The notes: a model not told the origin generated them from the sequence alone. Positions 40,406-52,587 are shown, counted from the first letter of the stretch. The stretch: DNA of 64,000 nt from Pseudomonadota bacterium (GCA_049323295.1 JBMOON010000047.1:181033-245032); one strand, 5' to 3'. Translations and numbers: made by a program.

Positions 40406-41983
40406 TCATTCCCACTCGATGGTGGCCGGCGGCTTGGACGAAATGTCGTAGGTCACACGCGATACGCCGCTGATCTCGTTGATGATGCGGTTGGACACGT
40501 GTTCGAGCAACTCGTACGGCAGCCGTGCCCAGCGGGCGGTCATGAAATCGATGGTTTCGACGGCACGCAGCGCGATCACCCACTCGTAGCGACGACCATC
40601 GCCGACCACGCCGACGGATTTCACCGGCAGGAACACCGCGAAGGCCTGCGACGTCTTGTGATAGAAGTCGGCCTTGTGCAGTTCTTCGATGAAGATGGCA
40701 TCCGCGCGCCGCAGGATGTCCGCGTAATCCTTCTTGACTTCGCCCAGGATGCGCACGCCGAGGCCCGGGCCCGGGAACGGGTGGCGGTAGACCATGTCGT
40801 AGGGCAGGCCCAGCTCGAGGCCGATGCGGCGCACTTCGTCCTTGAACAGCTCGCGCAGCGGCTCAACCAACTGCAGCTTCATGTGCTCGGGCAGACCACC
40901 GACGTTGTGGTGGCTCTTGATGACGTGCGCCTTGCCGGTCTTGCTCTTCGCCGACTCGATGACGTCCGGATAGATGGTGCCCTGCGCCAGCCAGTTGGCA
41001 TCCTTGATTTTCGCCGCCTCGCGCTCGAAGACGTCGATGAAGGTATTGCCGATGATCTTGCGCTTCTGTTCCGGGTCGGAAACTCCGGCCAGCTTCGACA
41101 GGAACTCCTGCTCGGCATCGACGCGGATCACCTTGATGCCCATGTTCTTCGCGAACATGTTCATCACCTGGTCGCCCTCGTTCAGGCGCAGCAGGCCGTT
41201 GTCGACGAACACGCAGGTGAGCTGCTTGCCGATGGCACGGTGCAACAGCGCCGCCACCACCGAGGAATCGACACCGCCGGAAAGACCGAGGATCACGTGA
41301 TCGTCGCGGACCTGTTCGCGAACCGTCTCGATGGCATCCTCAACGATGTTGCTGGCAGTCCACAGTGGCTCGCAGCCGCAGATCTTCAGCACGAAATTTT
41401 CCAGCAGGCGCTTGCCCTGCAGGGTATGCGTGACTTCCGGATGGAACTGCACGCCGTAGAAACGCTTCTCGTCGCTGGCCATGCCGGCAACCGGGCAACT
41501 GGGCGTACTGGCCATCAACGAAAATCCGGCCGGCATGGCCGTGACCTTGTCGCCATGGCTCATCCAGACGTCGAGCAGCGCGCTGCCGTCGGCGGCCACG
41601 TGGTCCTCGATGTTCTCCAGCAGGCGCGACGGCTGCTCGCGCTTCACCTGCGCGTAGCCGAACTCGCGCACGTCGGACGTCGACACCTTGCCGCCCAGCT
41701 GCTCGGCCATGGTCTGCATGCCGTAGCAGATACCCAGCACCGGTACGTCGCCCTTGAACACCGCCTGCGGCGCCCGCGGCGTGGAGCCCTGCGTCACCGA
41801 TTCCGGACCGCCGGACAGGATGATGCCGGCCGGATTGAAGGCCTTGATCTCGCTCTCGTCCATTTCATGGGAGCGCAGTTCACAGTAAACGCCGATCTCG
41901 CGGATGCGGCGGGCAATCAGCTGGGTGTACTGCGATCCGAAATCAAGGATCAGGATGCGGTGCGCGTGGATGTTCTTCGACAT
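40406..41983 (-). CDS. guaA: GMP synthase (glutamine-hydrolysing)
   Basis: GATase [11 protein letters not shown]-PPase SGGVDSSV, and a C-terminal ...KPPATIEWE. Confidence 0.96.
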   Translation of the reverse strand: MSKNIHAHRILILDFGSQYTQLIARRIREIGVYCELRSHEMDESEIKAFNPAGIILSGGPESVTQGSTPRAPQAVFKGDVPVLGICYGMQTMAEQLGGKVSTSDVREFGYAQVKREQPSRLLENIEDHVAADGSALLDVWMSHGDKVTAMPAGFSLMASTPSCPVAGMASDEKRFYGVQFHPEVTHTLQGKRLLENFVLKICGCEPLWTASNIVEDAIETVREQVRDDHVILGLSGGVDSSVVAALLHRAIGKQLTCVFVDNGLLRLNEGDQVMNMFAKNMGIKVIRVDAEQEFLSKLAGVSDPEQKRKIIGNTFIDVFEREAAKIKDANWLAQGTIYPDVIESAKSKTGKAHVIKSHHNVGGLPEHMKLQLVEPLRELFKDEVRRIGLELGLPYDMVYRHPFPGPGLGVRILGEVKKDYADILRRADAIFIEELHKADFYHKTSQAFAVFLPVKSVGVVGDGRRYEWVIALRAVETIDFMTARWARLPYELLEHVSNRIINEISGVSRVTYDISSKPPATIEWE

Positions 41984-42009
41984 GTTCTGTGCTCGGGCGC
42001 GGCGGGACG

Positions 42010-43479
42010 TCAGCCGATCGGGTAGTTCGGGGCTTCCTTGGTGATCTGCACGTCGTGCACGTGCGACTCCTTGATGCCGGCCGAGGTGATCTTCACGAAC
42101 CGGGTCTTCGTGCGCATTTCCTCGATGGTCCGGCAGCCGGTATAACCCATCGACGCGCGCAGGCCGCCCATCATCTGGTGCACGATGGCCGACATCGGCC
42201 CCTTGTATGGCACGCGGCCTTCGATGCCTTCCGGCACCAGCTTCTCGACACCCTGCGCCGCATCCTGGAAATAGCGATCGGAGGAGCCGGTGCGCTGCGC
42301 CATCGCGCCCAGCGAACCCATTCCGCGATAGGCCTTGTAGTAGCGCCCCTGGTACAGCTCGACCTCGCCCGGCGCCTCTTCGGTGCCGGCCAGCAGCGAG
42401 CCGACCATCACCACGTGGGCGCCGGCGGCGATCGCCTTGGCGACATCACCGGAGAAACGGATGCCGCCGTCGGCGATGATCGCCACGTCGGTCGTTTTCA
42501 GTGCTTCGGCAACGTTGGCGACGGCGCTGATCTGCGGTACGCCGATGCCGGCGACGATGCGCGTGGTACAGATCGAACCCGGACCGATGCCGACCTTGAC
42601 CGCATCGGCACCGGCATCGGCCAGCGCCCTGGCCGCTTCCGCGGTGGCGATATTGCCGCCGATAACCTCGACCTTCGGATATTTCTTCTTGATCCAGGCC
42701 ACGCGGTCGATCACCCCGCGCGAGTGACCGTGCGCCGTGTCGACCACCAGCAGATCGACGCCGGCGTCGATCAGCGCTTCGACGCGCTCTTCGGTGCCGG
42801 CGCCGGTACCGACCGCGGCGCCGACCCGCAGATGACCCTGCGTATCCTTGCAGGCATTCGGGTAGGCCGCAGCCTTCGCGATGTCCTTGACGGTGATCAG
42901 GCCCTTGAGCTGGCCCTGACTGTTGGTGACCAGCACTTTCTCGATGCGGTGCTTGTGCAGCAGCGCCTTCACTTCGGCCTGGCTGGCGTTTTCCTGCACG
43001 GTGACCAGTCGCTCTTTCGGCGTCATCACCGCCGACACCGGCAGATTGAATTGCGTTTCGAAGCGCAGATCGCGGCTGGTGACGATGCCGACCAGTTCGT
43101 TGCCGGCTACCACCGGCACGCCGGAAATGTTGTTGGCACGGGTCAGCGCGATGAGCTCGCCGATGGTGATGTCCGGCGCGACGGTGATCGGATCGCGGAC
43201 AACGCCGCTCTCGTATTTCTTCACCGCCCGCACTTCGCGCGCCTGGTCGGCGGTTTCCATGTTCTTGTGCAGGATGCCGATGCCGCCTTCCTGGGCGATG
43301 GCGATCGCGAGACGTGCTTCGGTGACGGTGTCCATCGCGGCGGACACCAGCGGCACGTTGAGCGGAATGTTGCGCGTGATGCGCGTCCGGAGGCTGACAT
43401 CCTTGGGCAGGACGTCCGACTCGCCCGGCAGCAGCAGGACGTCGTCGAAGGTGAGGGCTTCTTGCACGATGCGCAGCAT
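42010..43479 (-). CDS. guaB: IMP dehydrogenase
   Basis: [16 protein letters not shown], a CBS pair, and the catalytic loop [11 protein letters not shown]. Confidence 0.96.
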   Translation of the reverse strand: MLRIVQEALTFDDVLLLPGESDVLPKDVSLRTRITRNIPLNVPLVSAAMDTVTEARLAIAIAQEGGIGILHKNMETADQAREVRAVKKYESGVVRDPITVAPDITIGELIALTRANNISGVPVVAGNELVGIVTSRDLRFETQFNLPVSAVMTPKERLVTVQENASQAEVKALLHKHRIEKVLVTNSQGQLKGLITVKDIAKAAAYPNACKDTQGHLRVGAAVGTGAGTEERVEALIDAGVDLLVVDTAHGHSRGVIDRVAWIKKKYPKVEVIGGNIATAEAARALADAGADAVKVGIGPGSICTTRIVAGIGVPQISAVANVAEALKTTDVAIIADGGIRFSGDVAKAIAAGAHVVMVGSLLAGTEEAPGEVELYQGRYYKAYRGMGSLGAMAQRTGSSDRYFQDAAQGVEKLVPEGIEGRVPYKGPMSAIVHQMMGGLRASMGYTGCRTIEEMRTKTRFVKITSAGIKESHVHDVQITKEAPNYPIG

Positions 43480-43589
43480 GGGGCTACCCCGCGTGAGTGG
43501 CGGAAGCGGCCACCGGTCCTGCCATCAGCTGAAAGACCCGGTCCCGGCGGCCCGGGAGAAAGAAGCCGCGCATTATACTGGTCCGGCGT

Positions 43590-44990
43590 TTGCAATCGAC
43601 CTTTTCCGACCTTCTTTCCGGTCTGCCGATGCCCGAACCCCGCACCCCCGAAGACCCCGGCAACCGCCCGGAAGTCCTCACCGTCAGCCAGTTCAACCGC
43701 AAGGTGCAGGGGTTGATCGAGGGCAAGGTCCCGCTGGCCTGGATCGAGGGCGAGATCTCCAATCTCGCCAGCCCTCCCTCCGGTCACCTCTATTTCACGC
43801 TCAAGGACGACGGCTCGCAGGTGCGGGCCGCCATGTTCCGCAACCGCTCCCGTTTCGTGTCGCTCAAGCCCCGCAACGGGCTGCTGGTCCGGGTGCAGGC
43901 ACGGGCCACGCTGTACCTGCCGCGCGGCGACTACCAGCTGGTGGTCGAGCACATGGAGGAAGCCGGCGTCGGCGCCCTGCAGCGCGCCTTCGAGGCCCTG
44001 AAGGCGAAGCTGGCCGCCGAGGGCCTCTTCGCCGACGAGCGCAAGCGCCCGCTCCCCGCCTTTCCGCAACGGGTCGGCGTGGTGACATCCGTTGCCGGCG
44101 CCGCCGTCCACGATGTCCTCACCGTGCTGCGCCGGCGCGCGCCCTGGATCGAGGTGGTGATCTACCCGACCCTGGTGCAGGGTCGGGAGGCCGCCGGCGA
44201 AATCGTCGCCGCCATCGACTGCGCCAACGCGCGCGCCGAGTGCGACGTGCTGATCGTCGGCCGCGGCGGCGGTTCGCTGGAAGACCTGTGGCCGTTCAAC
44301 GAGGAAGCCGTGGCCCGCGCCATCGCCGGCAGCGGCATCCCGGTGATCAGCGCCGTCGGCCACGAAACCGATTTCACCATTGCCGATTTTGTCGCCGACC
44401 TGCGCGCACCCACGCCTTCCGCCGCCGCCGAGCGCGTGGCGCCCGACCGGGCGCTGCTCGACGCCCGCACCGCCCAGGCGGTCCGGCTGCTGACCCGTCA
44501 CCTGCGCACGCAACTGCAGGACGCCGGCACCCGGCTGGCCCTGGCGCGCAAGTCGCTGGTCAGGCCCGACCACCGCCTGCGCGAATACCGGCAGACCTGC
44601 GACGAGCTGGAACTGCGCGCCGGCCGCGCACTGCGCACCCGGTTGCAGGAAGAAACCACCGCCCTGCGCGACCTGGCGCGTCGCCTGCGCCAGGCCGAGC
44701 CGGACCGGCAGGAGCGCGCGGAAAGTCTCTCGGCGCTGCGCGCGCGGCTGATCCGCGCGCTGGGCGGGCGAACCGCGCAGCGACAACAGACCCTGGAAGC
44801 CGCCGCCGCCCGGCTGCACACGGTAAGTCCGCTGGCAACACTGGGCCGGGGCTACGCGATCGTGAGCGACGCGGCGGGACGGGTGCTGAAGGATGCCGCC
44901 GACGTCGGCGCCGGCGATGTCGTGCAGGCACGGCTGGCACGCGGCACGCTGGCCTGCCGGGTCGAGGGCAGCACGCCGGAATCCGGCTGA
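43590..44990 (+). CDS. xseA: Exodeoxyribonuclease VII large subunit
   Basis: [16 protein letters not shown]...VWIEGEISN (OB fold) and [12 protein letters not shown]. Divergent from guaBA, as in E. coli. The ORF track start at 43590 is TTG; an in-frame ATG lies at 43629. Confidence 0.9.
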   Translation: MQSTFSDLLSGLPMPEPRTPEDPGNRPEVLTVSQFNRKVQGLIEGKVPLAWIEGEISNLASPPSGHLYFTLKDDGSQVRAAMFRNRSRFVSLKPRNGLLVRVQARATLYLPRGDYQLVVEHMEEAGVGALQRAFEALKAKLAAEGLFADERKRPLPAFPQRVGVVTSVAGAAVHDVLTVLRRRAPWIEVVIYPTLVQGREAAGEIVAAIDCANARAECDVLIVGRGGGSLEDLWPFNEEAVARAIAGSGIPVISAVGHETDFTIADFVADLRAPTPSAAAERVAPDRALLDARTAQAVRLLTRHLRTQLQDAGTRLALARKSLVRPDHRLREYRQTCDELELRAGRALRTRLQEETTALRDLARRLRQAEPDRQERAESLSALRARLIRALGGRTAQRQQTLEAAAARLHTVSPLATLGRGYAIVSDAAGRVLKDAADVGAGDVVQARLARGTLACRVEGSTPESG

Positions 44991-44994
44991 CGCT

Positions 44995-46764
44995 TCAACC
45001 GGATGCCGGCGCCTCGCCGAGAATGCCGAACAGTACTTCGCGCAGTCGATCACGGGTAAACGGCTTGGCAATGTAGGCATCCATGCCGGCACCGAGACAG
45101 CGCTCGCGCTCGCCCGAGAATGCATTCGCCGTCACCGCGATCACCGGCGTGCGTCCGCCTTCGGCCGGCAACCGGCCGCGCAGGCGACGCGTGGTCTCCA
45201 GACCGTCGATGCCCGGCATCTGTACGTCCATGAGTACCGCGTCGTAACGCGAGGTCGCCAGCCGCTCCAGCGCCGCATGGCCGTCGGAGACCACTTCCAC
45301 GCCGGCGCCCAGGCTGCGCAGCATGCCTTCGGCCACCATCTGACTGACGTGGTTGTCCTCCACCACCAGTACCCGGCGACCGTTCAGGTTCGCGTGCCGC
45401 GGCACGACCTGCACCCGCTCGACGCGCACAGCCGTCCCGGTACGCCGGGCGGCAAACACGAAGGTCAGACGGAAACAGGTGCCCTCGCCGACCCGGCTCT
45501 CCACGTCCATGCGACCGCCGAGCATGGCGGTCAGGCGCCGGGCAATCGGCAGCCCGAGTCCGGTGCCGCCGTAGCGACGCGACGTCGAATTGTCCGCCTG
45601 ACTGAACGGCTCGAACATGTGCTCGATGCGGTCTTCGGCGATGCCGATGCCGGTATCGATCACTTCCAGCGTCAGGGCCAGCCGGCCGTCGTCGCCGAAA
45701 CGGCCGGCGGCACGCAGGAGCACACCGCCGCGCTCGGTGAACTTGATCGCATTGCCGAGCAGGTTCACCAGTACCTGGCGCAGCCGGGTCGGATCGCTGA
45801 CCACCTGCATGCCCGACAGGGATTCGTCGATGTCCAGGGTCAGGGAAATATTGCGCGACTGTGCCTGGTGCGAGAAACCGTCGGCCGTCGCCGACAGCAG
45901 GTCCGGCAGATCGAATTCGATCTGCTCGATCGGCAACCGGCCGCCCTCGATGCGCGAGAAATCGAGAATGTCGTCGATTACCACCAGCAGATGCTCGCTG
46001 GAACGACGGGCCGTCTGCAGACAGTTGCGCTGGTCGCCGTCCAGCACGGTGTCCCCCAGCAATTCCAGCATGCCCAGCACGCCGTTCATGGGCGTTCGCA
46101 ATTCGTGCGACATCATCGCCAGGAACTCGCTCTTCGCCCGCGAGGCATTCTCCGCGGAAGCGCGCGCCTCTTCGATGCGCACCATCGCATCGGCCGTGCG
46201 CGAGGCGACTACCAGCGTTGCCGCCAGCACCAGCACGGCAATAAGCAGGGCCTGCAGCAACACGGCGCGCTGCCGCTCGGCGATCAGGTCGGTGACCATG
46301 CCGATCTCGACTTCGCCGAGATTGCCCAGATTGCCGGCCGGCGGGCTGTCGATGGCCATCAGATCGGACAGCTCGTCGTTCAGTACGCCCTGTCGCGCTA
46401 CCGGCTCCCGGTAGGTGCGCACGCGGCTGGCATTGCCGGCCAGCGAACGGGCGCCGTCCTTGTAGTGTTCGGCCAGCACGCCGCCTTCGGCATCGCGCAC
46501 CACCACGTAGATCACGTCCCGCTCGGCCAGCAGCGGCGCCATCAACGATTGCAGCACGCCGCGGTTGCCGGCAATCACGCCGTATTCGGCAGCGGGGGCC
46601 AGCTGGCGCGCCATCATCTGGCCGCGGATGTCGAGCTCGCTGCTGAAGGCGCTGAAGCGCTCGATGAGGAAATAGCCACCGAGCAGGAAAGCGACCACCA
46701 GCACCGGCACCACGGCCAACCGCCGGATGCGTGCCCGCAACGGCCAATCGCGCAGACTCATCAT
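44995..46764 (-). CDS. Hybrid sensor histidine kinase / response regulator with about 150-aa periplasmic domain
   Basis: Two TM helices flank a periplasmic segment. HisKA box [15 protein letters not shown], HATPase N/G boxes ([21 protein letters not shown]), and a C-terminal REC (VLVVEDN...[11 protein letters not shown]...KP). The start ATGATG is preceded by GGAGG and overlaps the upstream stop. Confidence 0.88.
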   Translation of the reverse strand: MMSLRDWPLRARIRRLAVVPVLVVAFLLGGYFLIERFSAFSSELDIRGQMMARQLAPAAEYGVIAGNRGVLQSLMAPLLAERDVIYVVVRDAEGGVLAEHYKDGARSLAGNASRVRTYREPVARQGVLNDELSDLMAIDSPPAGNLGNLGEVEIGMVTDLIAERQRAVLLQALLIAVLVLAATLVVASRTADAMVRIEEARASAENASRAKSEFLAMMSHELRTPMNGVLGMLELLGDTVLDGDQRNCLQTARRSSEHLLVVIDDILDFSRIEGGRLPIEQIEFDLPDLLSATADGFSHQAQSRNISLTLDIDESLSGMQVVSDPTRLRQVLVNLLGNAIKFTERGGVLLRAAGRFGDDGRLALTLEVIDTGIGIAEDRIEHMFEPFSQADNSTSRRYGGTGLGLPIARRLTAMLGGRMDVESRVGEGTCFRLTFVFAARRTGTAVRVERVQVVPRHANLNGRRVLVVEDNHVSQMVAEGMLRSLGAGVEVVSDGHAALERLATSRYDAVLMDVQMPGIDGLETTRRLRGRLPAEGGRTPVIAVTANAFSGERERCLGAGMDAYIAKPFTRDRLREVLFGILGEAPASG

Positions 46765-47651
46765 GGCTTACCTCCGGAACCGCGCGACGACGACTGCAGG
46801 CGCTCATCGGGCGGCAACGTGATCGACAACGAACGCGCCACCTGGGGATTGGTGACGACGGTGTAACGGTCCGGATGGCGCGGTGGCGGCATGCGACCTG
46901 TCTCAAGCAGCGCCGGCAACCAGGCAGCCAGGGTATCGATCGCTTCCGGCATGCCGGCTGCCAGCGAGGCAATGCTGCCGGCATCGACCCAGCTGCCGCC
47001 GGGTCCGATCACCGGACGACCGTGGCGGTAGGTGGTCAGCAGGATGGTTTTCGCATTCGCCGGCGTGAAGATTTCCGGACCGTCGATGCCGAGCAGGAAA
47101 TCGGTGTTCGCCAGCACGCGGGCCAACCGCTGCGGCAACGACTGGCTGTCGTTGCCGGCACGCACGATGACCGGCACCAGCCCGAGCCGCACCGACTCGG
47201 TACGCAAGGCCGCCAGCAGACCCTCATCGAGCGTCGAGTCGGCGAGGATCGCCACCCGTCGCGCGGCCGGCAACACCAGTCGCGCCAGCTGCAGCTGGCG
47301 TACCGGATCGGGATCCCAGAACACCGCCGTGTGCGGCACGGCGGTGTGCGGCGCCATTTCGCGCACCGCCGCGCGATAGCTCTCGCGGGTGAGCGCCATG
47401 CCCACCACCGGCGCGCCGGACTGCTGCAATGCGTCGCGGAAGGCACGGGCACCGATCGCCACGACCAGTCGCGCCGGCACCGTCGACGCTTCCTCGCGGA
47501 TGTCGACGGCGGCGACGCGCTCCTGCAGCTGGCGCCGCACTTCGGTGGCGATCGGCTCCGGGCCGACGACCCGGACCACCGGCGTGCCGGCTCCTGCCGG
47601 CAACGTCGCCAGCATCAGCAGCAGACCCAGCAGGCAGCGCTTCAGGTCCAT
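46761..47651 (-). CDS. Periplasmic ABC-transporter-substrate-binding-like protein (ABC_sub_bind/PF04392-like), no transporter partner
   Basis: Signal peptide [21 protein letters not shown]. Two-lobe PBP-like pattern (...RRVAILAD...[13 protein letters not shown]...[18 protein letters not shown]...[13 protein letters not shown]). Call made from memory of the family. Confidence 0.55.
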   Translation of the reverse strand: MDLKRCLLGLLLMLATLPAGAGTPVVRVVGPEPIATEVRRQLQERVAAVDIREEASTVPARLVVAIGARAFRDALQQSGAPVVGMALTRESYRAAVREMAPHTAVPHTAVFWDPDPVRQLQLARLVLPAARRVAILADSTLDEGLLAALRTESVRLGLVPVIVRAGNDSQSLPQRLARVLANTDFLLGIDGPEIFTPANAKTILLTTYRHGRPVIGPGGSWVDAGSIASLAAGMPEAIDTLAAWLPALLETGRMPPPRHPDRYTVVTNPQVARSLSITLPPDERLQSSSRGSGGKP

Positions 47652-47684
47652 CCCTTGCCCGTCGTTCCCTGTTCGTTCGTGTGC

Positions 47685-49871
47685 TCAGAAGGTGATTTGC
47701 ATGCCCAGATAGCCCTGAATCCGGGAGTCGTAGTTGTTATCGAGATGAATGTGCGGCCGATCGTCGAAGTCGTACTGGGCATTGGCAAAAAACTGCAGCG
47801 TCGCCTCGCCCAGAGGGATATCGCGGGCGAGGCGCAAGTCCAGGCGATCGAGGTGGAAACGGCGGTCACGCACCTTGTTTTCGTTCTGGTGCCGCTCGAC
47901 GTACCAGGCTGCCGAACCGCTCCAGCGCGACGGGAAACGGTGCGCCACGGCAAAGCTTCCGCTGTGGCGGGCAGTGAACTTCAATTCGTTGGGGTGCGTG
48001 CTTTCGTTGTCGATGTAGGCGTAGCTGGCCCACAACCAGCTTCCCGGGGCAACCCGGTGTTTCGCCTGCCACTCGATGCCGTTGAGCTCGGTCCGCGACG
48101 AGTTGTCGGTCTCGAAGTCGAACGGGTTTATGGGATCGCTGATGAGTTTTCCAAGGCGCTCGCGGAACCAGCGTACATCCACCTCAAGGCGAGCAGCCGG
48201 GAAATAACCGAAATAGCCGAGCTCCAGCGAATTGATTTCCTCCGGCTTCAGATTGCCGGGAGCCTGCTGCATCAGGAAAAGGTCGCGTTCGCTCTCGGTG
48301 GTCACACCGCCGTCGGTGGAATAAGGCGGCGACAGATTGCCGAAAGTGATGCGGGTATTCGCGTGTTCCTCATACAAGTCCTGGGTACGGAAGGCGCGCG
48401 ATCCAACCAGTCGAAGCGCCTGCTGGTCGCGGATTCGCCAGTTGATCCCGGCACGTGGCGACAGGCTGCTGCCACTGATGTCGTCGTCCTCAAGCATCGC
48501 ACCGAGATTCAACAACAGCGGATCGACAAGCCGATACTCGCCGTGGGCAAAAAGCCGAAGGATCTCATTGTCGACCTGGCCGCCGGTGTAACTCGCGGAA
48601 CTCGCGCTGTCGCGCCGGTAACTGGCGCCCGACACCAGACGCAACTGATCACTGATGCGCAGAGTGTCCTGTACTTCTATATCGAACCGACTCTCCCGGA
48701 TATCGAAATCGACATCGCCACAGGTTTCATTGAATCCGGAACCGAGGAAATCTCCGTAACGCACCAGTACATCGCCGGCCAGTGCCTGCGCTGCAGGCGG
48801 CAGAGTGGCAATGAAGGCGAACGGATCCGCCGCATCGAGCAATCCGGTCGCGTAGTCGGGATCCAGGGCCGCCAGCGCAGCGAGCTCGTCCGACAGCAGG
48901 ATCGGGTGCAGGCAGCCGCGGAATGGATTGCGGCTCTCTGTCCTCTGCGTGTAGGCCTGCACCTGGATTTCATGCGCCGGCGACAGCGCGCGTGACCAGC
49001 GACCGAGCAGACTGATGTTCTCGGTATCGCTCACCGGCAGTTCTTCATAGCGATTGAGGATTCCGAAATCATCGGCTTCCATTTCCTTTCGCGTATCCGC
49101 CAGCCCGAGCAGCACCTCGATTCGATCGCTCCCGTTCGGCCGGTACTCCGAACGCCAGTTCACTGCTTCTACCCGACGATCGTCACGCGCCTCGCCACCG
49201 CGACGCACGAAATCGAAACCACTATCGGATTTCGCGGTGAGCGTAAGGCGGGTATCCCCGTTGTCACCGTGGCCGACCAACCGCAAGGTGCCGTCGGCGA
49301 TGTCGCGCTTGCCACCGGCCACGCGCAGCAGATTGTCGCTGCTGTCCTGCGGGTGCGTGGTGATGATGTTGACGACACCGGAAAACGAGTTGGAGCCATA
49401 GGCGGCGGCATTCGGTCCGCGGGTCACTTCGATGCGCTCGATGTCCTCGATCGCCAGCGCGAGATCCGACCAGAGAATGCGTGCCAGGCCAGGCTGGATC
49501 ACGCTCATGCCGTCCACCAGCACCTGCAGGCGACGGATGTCGGTCAGGTTGGTGCCGTGGTAGTTCACCGCGAAAGTGTGCCCGGCCTCGCTTTCGTTGG
49601 TGACCATCATGCCCGGCACCAGTCGCAGCAGGTCCGGCACGTCGCGCACGCCCAGGGCGGCAATCATGTCGCGGTCGATGACCGTCACGCTGGCAGCGGC
49701 ATCGACCTGTGCCTGCGCCAGTCGGGCCGGCGTCAGCACCTGCGGCACCGTCTCGCCGCCGAGCTCGGGCGGCAGGTCCGGCAGTTCTGCCGCCAGGCAG
49801 GCCGCGGGGACGAGACAGGCCAGGAACACGCCCGACCAGAACTGAAGAGGTGACGGACGGAACTCGGGCAT
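47685..49871 (-). CDS. TonB-dependent outer-membrane receptor (no N-terminal signalling extension)
   Basis: The signal peptide is followed directly by the plug domain (VTVIDRDMI...DVPDLLRLVPGM...IERIEVTRGPNAAAYGSNSFSGVVNIIT). 22-strand-size barrel with a C-terminal aromatic ...GMQITF. Confidence 0.88.
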   Translation of the reverse strand: MPEFRPSPLQFWSGVFLACLVPAACLAAELPDLPPELGGETVPQVLTPARLAQAQVDAAASVTVIDRDMIAALGVRDVPDLLRLVPGMMVTNESEAGHTFAVNYHGTNLTDIRRLQVLVDGMSVIQPGLARILWSDLALAIEDIERIEVTRGPNAAAYGSNSFSGVVNIITTHPQDSSDNLLRVAGGKRDIADGTLRLVGHGDNGDTRLTLTAKSDSGFDFVRRGGEARDDRRVEAVNWRSEYRPNGSDRIEVLLGLADTRKEMEADDFGILNRYEELPVSDTENISLLGRWSRALSPAHEIQVQAYTQRTESRNPFRGCLHPILLSDELAALAALDPDYATGLLDAADPFAFIATLPPAAQALAGDVLVRYGDFLGSGFNETCGDVDFDIRESRFDIEVQDTLRISDQLRLVSGASYRRDSASSASYTGGQVDNEILRLFAHGEYRLVDPLLLNLGAMLEDDDISGSSLSPRAGINWRIRDQQALRLVGSRAFRTQDLYEEHANTRITFGNLSPPYSTDGGVTTESERDLFLMQQAPGNLKPEEINSLELGYFGYFPAARLEVDVRWFRERLGKLISDPINPFDFETDNSSRTELNGIEWQAKHRVAPGSWLWASYAYIDNESTHPNELKFTARHSGSFAVAHRFPSRWSGSAAWYVERHQNENKVRDRRFHLDRLDLRLARDIPLGEATLQFFANAQYDFDDRPHIHLDNNYDSRIQGYLGMQITF

Positions 49872-49998
49872 GCGACAGGCTCCCTGCGTGGCAGACCGGA
49901 ACGGGGGACTAAGAAGAAGGCATTACGCTGAGGATGGTATCAGCGAGGCGGCGCAGCCACTACAGGAGGGCCGGCAGTCGCCGGCCGGAATCCGGACG

Positions 49999-51396
49999 TC
50001 AGTCCCGACTCTTTTTCACGTGCCGCAGCAGGCGGCGTTTCTTGGCGGCCTGACGGGGCGTCAGGTTGTTCTTGCGGCCGGCAAAAGGGTTTTCGCCGCC
50101 CTTGAACTCGATGCGCAGCGGAGAGCCCTCCATGCGCATGACCTTGCGGTAGATGTTCTCGAGGTAACGCCGGTAGGCATCGGGAATGCCGGCCGTGTTG
50201 TTGCCGTGGATGATGATCACCGGCGGCTCGGTACCGCCCATGTGCGCATAGCGCAGTTTCGGCCGGTGGCCGCGCACCATCGGCGGCTGATGCTGGCGCA
50301 CGGCGTCCTCGAGGATTGCCGTCAGCCGGGCGGTGGACAGGCGTGCCGTCGCCGCTTGGTACGCAGCCTCGATCGACGGATACAGCTCGCCGACGCCGGT
50401 GCCGTGCAGCGCGGAGATGAAATGGATTTTCGCGAATTCGACGAAGCCGAGCCGGCGGTCGATTTCCTTGCGCACCAGATCCTTCTGGTACTGATCGAGG
50501 TTGTCCCACTTGTTGATGGCGATGACCAGCGCGCGCCCCTTTTCCAGGACGTAACCGAGCACGTGCAGATCCTGCTCGACGATGCCCTCGCGGGCGTCGA
50601 TGACGAGAATGGAGACCTGCGCACCGTCGATCGCCTGCAGCGTTTTCACCACCGAGAATTTCTCGACCGCTTCATCGACACGACCCTTGCGCCGCACACC
50701 CGCGGTATCCACCAGCGTGTACTTCCTGCCGTTGCGCTCGTAGGGTACGTCGATGGCATCGCGCGTGGTCCCTGCCAGATCGCTGACCACCACCCGCTCC
50801 TCGCCGAGGATGCGATTGATCAGTGTCGACTTGCCGACATTCGGCCGGCCCACCACCGCAATGCGTATGCTGTCGTCGTCGACCGGCACCTCCGGTGGCG
50901 TTTCCGGGAAATCGGCCAGCACGTGTTGCATCAGCTGGCCGACACCGCGGCCGTGCACGGCAGCGATCGCATGCACGTCCGGGAATCCCAGCACCGCGAA
51001 TTCGTTGCGCGCGACTTCCGGATCGACGCCGTCGGTCTTGTTGACCACCAGCACCACCTTCTTGCCGGCGGTGCGCAGACGGCGGGCAATATAGCTGTCG
51101 TCGGTATTGATGCCGGCACGGCCGTCGACCAGCAACAGCACGATGTCCGCCTCTTCCACTGCCAGCCAGCTCTGGCGGGCCATCAGCGCATCGACGCCCT
51201 CTTCCGGCGTTTCACCGATGCCGCCGGTATCGATGCAGATGAACGCCTTGTCGCCGATGCGGCCGTCGCCGTACTTGCGGTCACGGGTAAGGCCGGCGTA
51301 ATCGGCAACGATCGCATCGCGCGACTTCGTCAACTGGTTGAACAGCGTCGACTTGCCGACGTTCGGGCGGCCGACGAGTGCAATGACGGGTTTCAT
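49999..51396 (-). CDS. der: Ribosome biogenesis GTPase Der (EngA)
   Basis: Two tandem GTPase domains (GRPNVGKST twice, DTGG/DTAG, NKTD/NKWD) and a KH-like C-terminus. Confidence 0.95.
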   Translation of the reverse strand: MKPVIALVGRPNVGKSTLFNQLTKSRDAIVADYAGLTRDRKYGDGRIGDKAFICIDTGGIGETPEEGVDALMARQSWLAVEEADIVLLLVDGRAGINTDDSYIARRLRTAGKKVVLVVNKTDGVDPEVARNEFAVLGFPDVHAIAAVHGRGVGQLMQHVLADFPETPPEVPVDDDSIRIAVVGRPNVGKSTLINRILGEERVVVSDLAGTTRDAIDVPYERNGRKYTLVDTAGVRRKGRVDEAVEKFSVVKTLQAIDGAQVSILVIDAREGIVEQDLHVLGYVLEKGRALVIAINKWDNLDQYQKDLVRKEIDRRLGFVEFAKIHFISALHGTGVGELYPSIEAAYQAATARLSTARLTAILEDAVRQHQPPMVRGHRPKLRYAHMGGTEPPVIIIHGNNTAGIPDAYRRYLENIYRKVMRMEGSPLRIEFKGGENPFAGRKNNLTPRQAAKKRRLLRHVKKSRD

Positions 51397-52565
51397 GGCG
51401 CCACCGCCGCCGGTTGCGCCGGCGCCCGACGGTCAACCACCCCGAACACCGCCAGACGACCGCCGCGGCCGAGTGCAAATACCCGGTTCTCGTCGACCAC
51501 CGGCGGCAGGGCCATGCCGTCACCGTCGATCTTCCGGCGCCCGACCAGCACGCCATCGGCCTGGCGGATCACATGCAGCCAACCATCCAGATCACCGACC
51601 AGCAGCCAGTCGCCGAGCAGCGCAGCACCGGTCACCCGCCGCCCCAGCAGCGATTCGAGACGCCACAGTACGACACCGTCGACGGCGCGCACGGCGATCA
51701 GCCGGCTGTCAGCGTCGGTGACGAACACCGCGTCCGCGGAAACCGCCAGCGGCTGGAAGGTGGAGACCGGTTGTTGCCACAGGAACTGGCCGCTGCGCAG
51801 GTCGAGCGCCACCAGACGGCCCTGGTAGGTCGCAACATAAATACGATCGTCGCGCAGCACGAAATCGCCGGCCACGTCGACCAGCCGATCGAGTTCCGAT
51901 TTGCCGCTGGGTTCGGCGATGCGTCTCTCCCAGATGAGCTGGCCGGTGGCGCGCTCGAGCGCCACCAGCATGCCGGAAGGCAACCCGGCCAGCACCGCAT
52001 CGTCGAGCAACAACGGACTGCTTGATGCGCGCAGGCTGAGCGGCGGCGCGCCGCCGTCCCAGGTCCAGCGCACGCTGCCGCTGACCCGGTCCAGCAACGT
52101 GACGCGACCGTCGGCCGTCTTCACCGCCACCGCATCGCCGTTGAGCGCCGGCACCGCGAGCACTTCGCCGCCGAGCGGGGTGCGCCACAGCGGCGTGCCG
52201 TCGGTTGCGGAATAGGCCAGCACCTCGCCTTCGCGCGTACCGACGAAGATCTGGTTGTAACCGGCGGCAGGACCGGCGGCGAACGGCTCGCGGGTGGACC
52301 GCTTCCACAGCCGTTTGCCGCTGCGACGATCGCGCGCCGCGAGATGACCGTACTGATCGGCGGTGTAGACCGCCTGCCCGGTGACCGCCGGTACCAGCGC
52401 CAGTCCTTCCGCCTCGCTGCCGCGGCCGGCATCGGCAGACCAGTCACGATCGAACTTCACCGACGACGCGATGTCCGGCAGCGGTGACGGTTCGATCAGG
52501 TCGTCCTTGCCGCTGCAGGCGGCGAGCGCCAGCAGTAGGGGAAACGCCAGCAGGCGCCGCGTCAT
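51393..52565 (-). CDS. bamB: Outer membrane protein assembly factor BamB
   Basis: Lipobox LLLALAAC, then PQQ-like beta-propeller repeats. Its stop overlaps the der start (ATGA). Conserved der-bamB-yfgM order. Confidence 0.9.
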   Translation of the reverse strand: MTRRLLAFPLLLALAACSGKDDLIEPSPLPDIASSVKFDRDWSADAGRGSEAEGLALVPAVTGQAVYTADQYGHLAARDRRSGKRLWKRSTREPFAAGPAAGYNQIFVGTREGEVLAYSATDGTPLWRTPLGGEVLAVPALNGDAVAVKTADGRVTLLDRVSGSVRWTWDGGAPPLSLRASSSPLLLDDAVLAGLPSGMLVALERATGQLIWERRIAEPSGKSELDRLVDVAGDFVLRDDRIYVATYQGRLVALDLRSGQFLWQQPVSTFQPLAVSADAVFVTDADSRLIAVRAVDGVVLWRLESLLGRRVTGAALLGDWLLVGDLDGWLHVIRQADGVLVGRRKIDGDGMALPPVVDENRVFALGRGGRLAVFGVVDRRAPAQPAAVAP

Positions 52566-52587
52566 CGGAAGGGAGTCCGTCGGGTAT

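Noticed and set aside
49872-49998. Fur box or other iron-regulation signal upstream of the TonB-dependent receptor; also a GGCCGGC-agtc-GCCGGCC hairpin (49969-49986) after der
   Set aside because: No sequence resembles the GATAATGATAATCATTATC Fur consensus. The hairpin lacks a following U-tract on the der strand, so I did not list it as a terminator.
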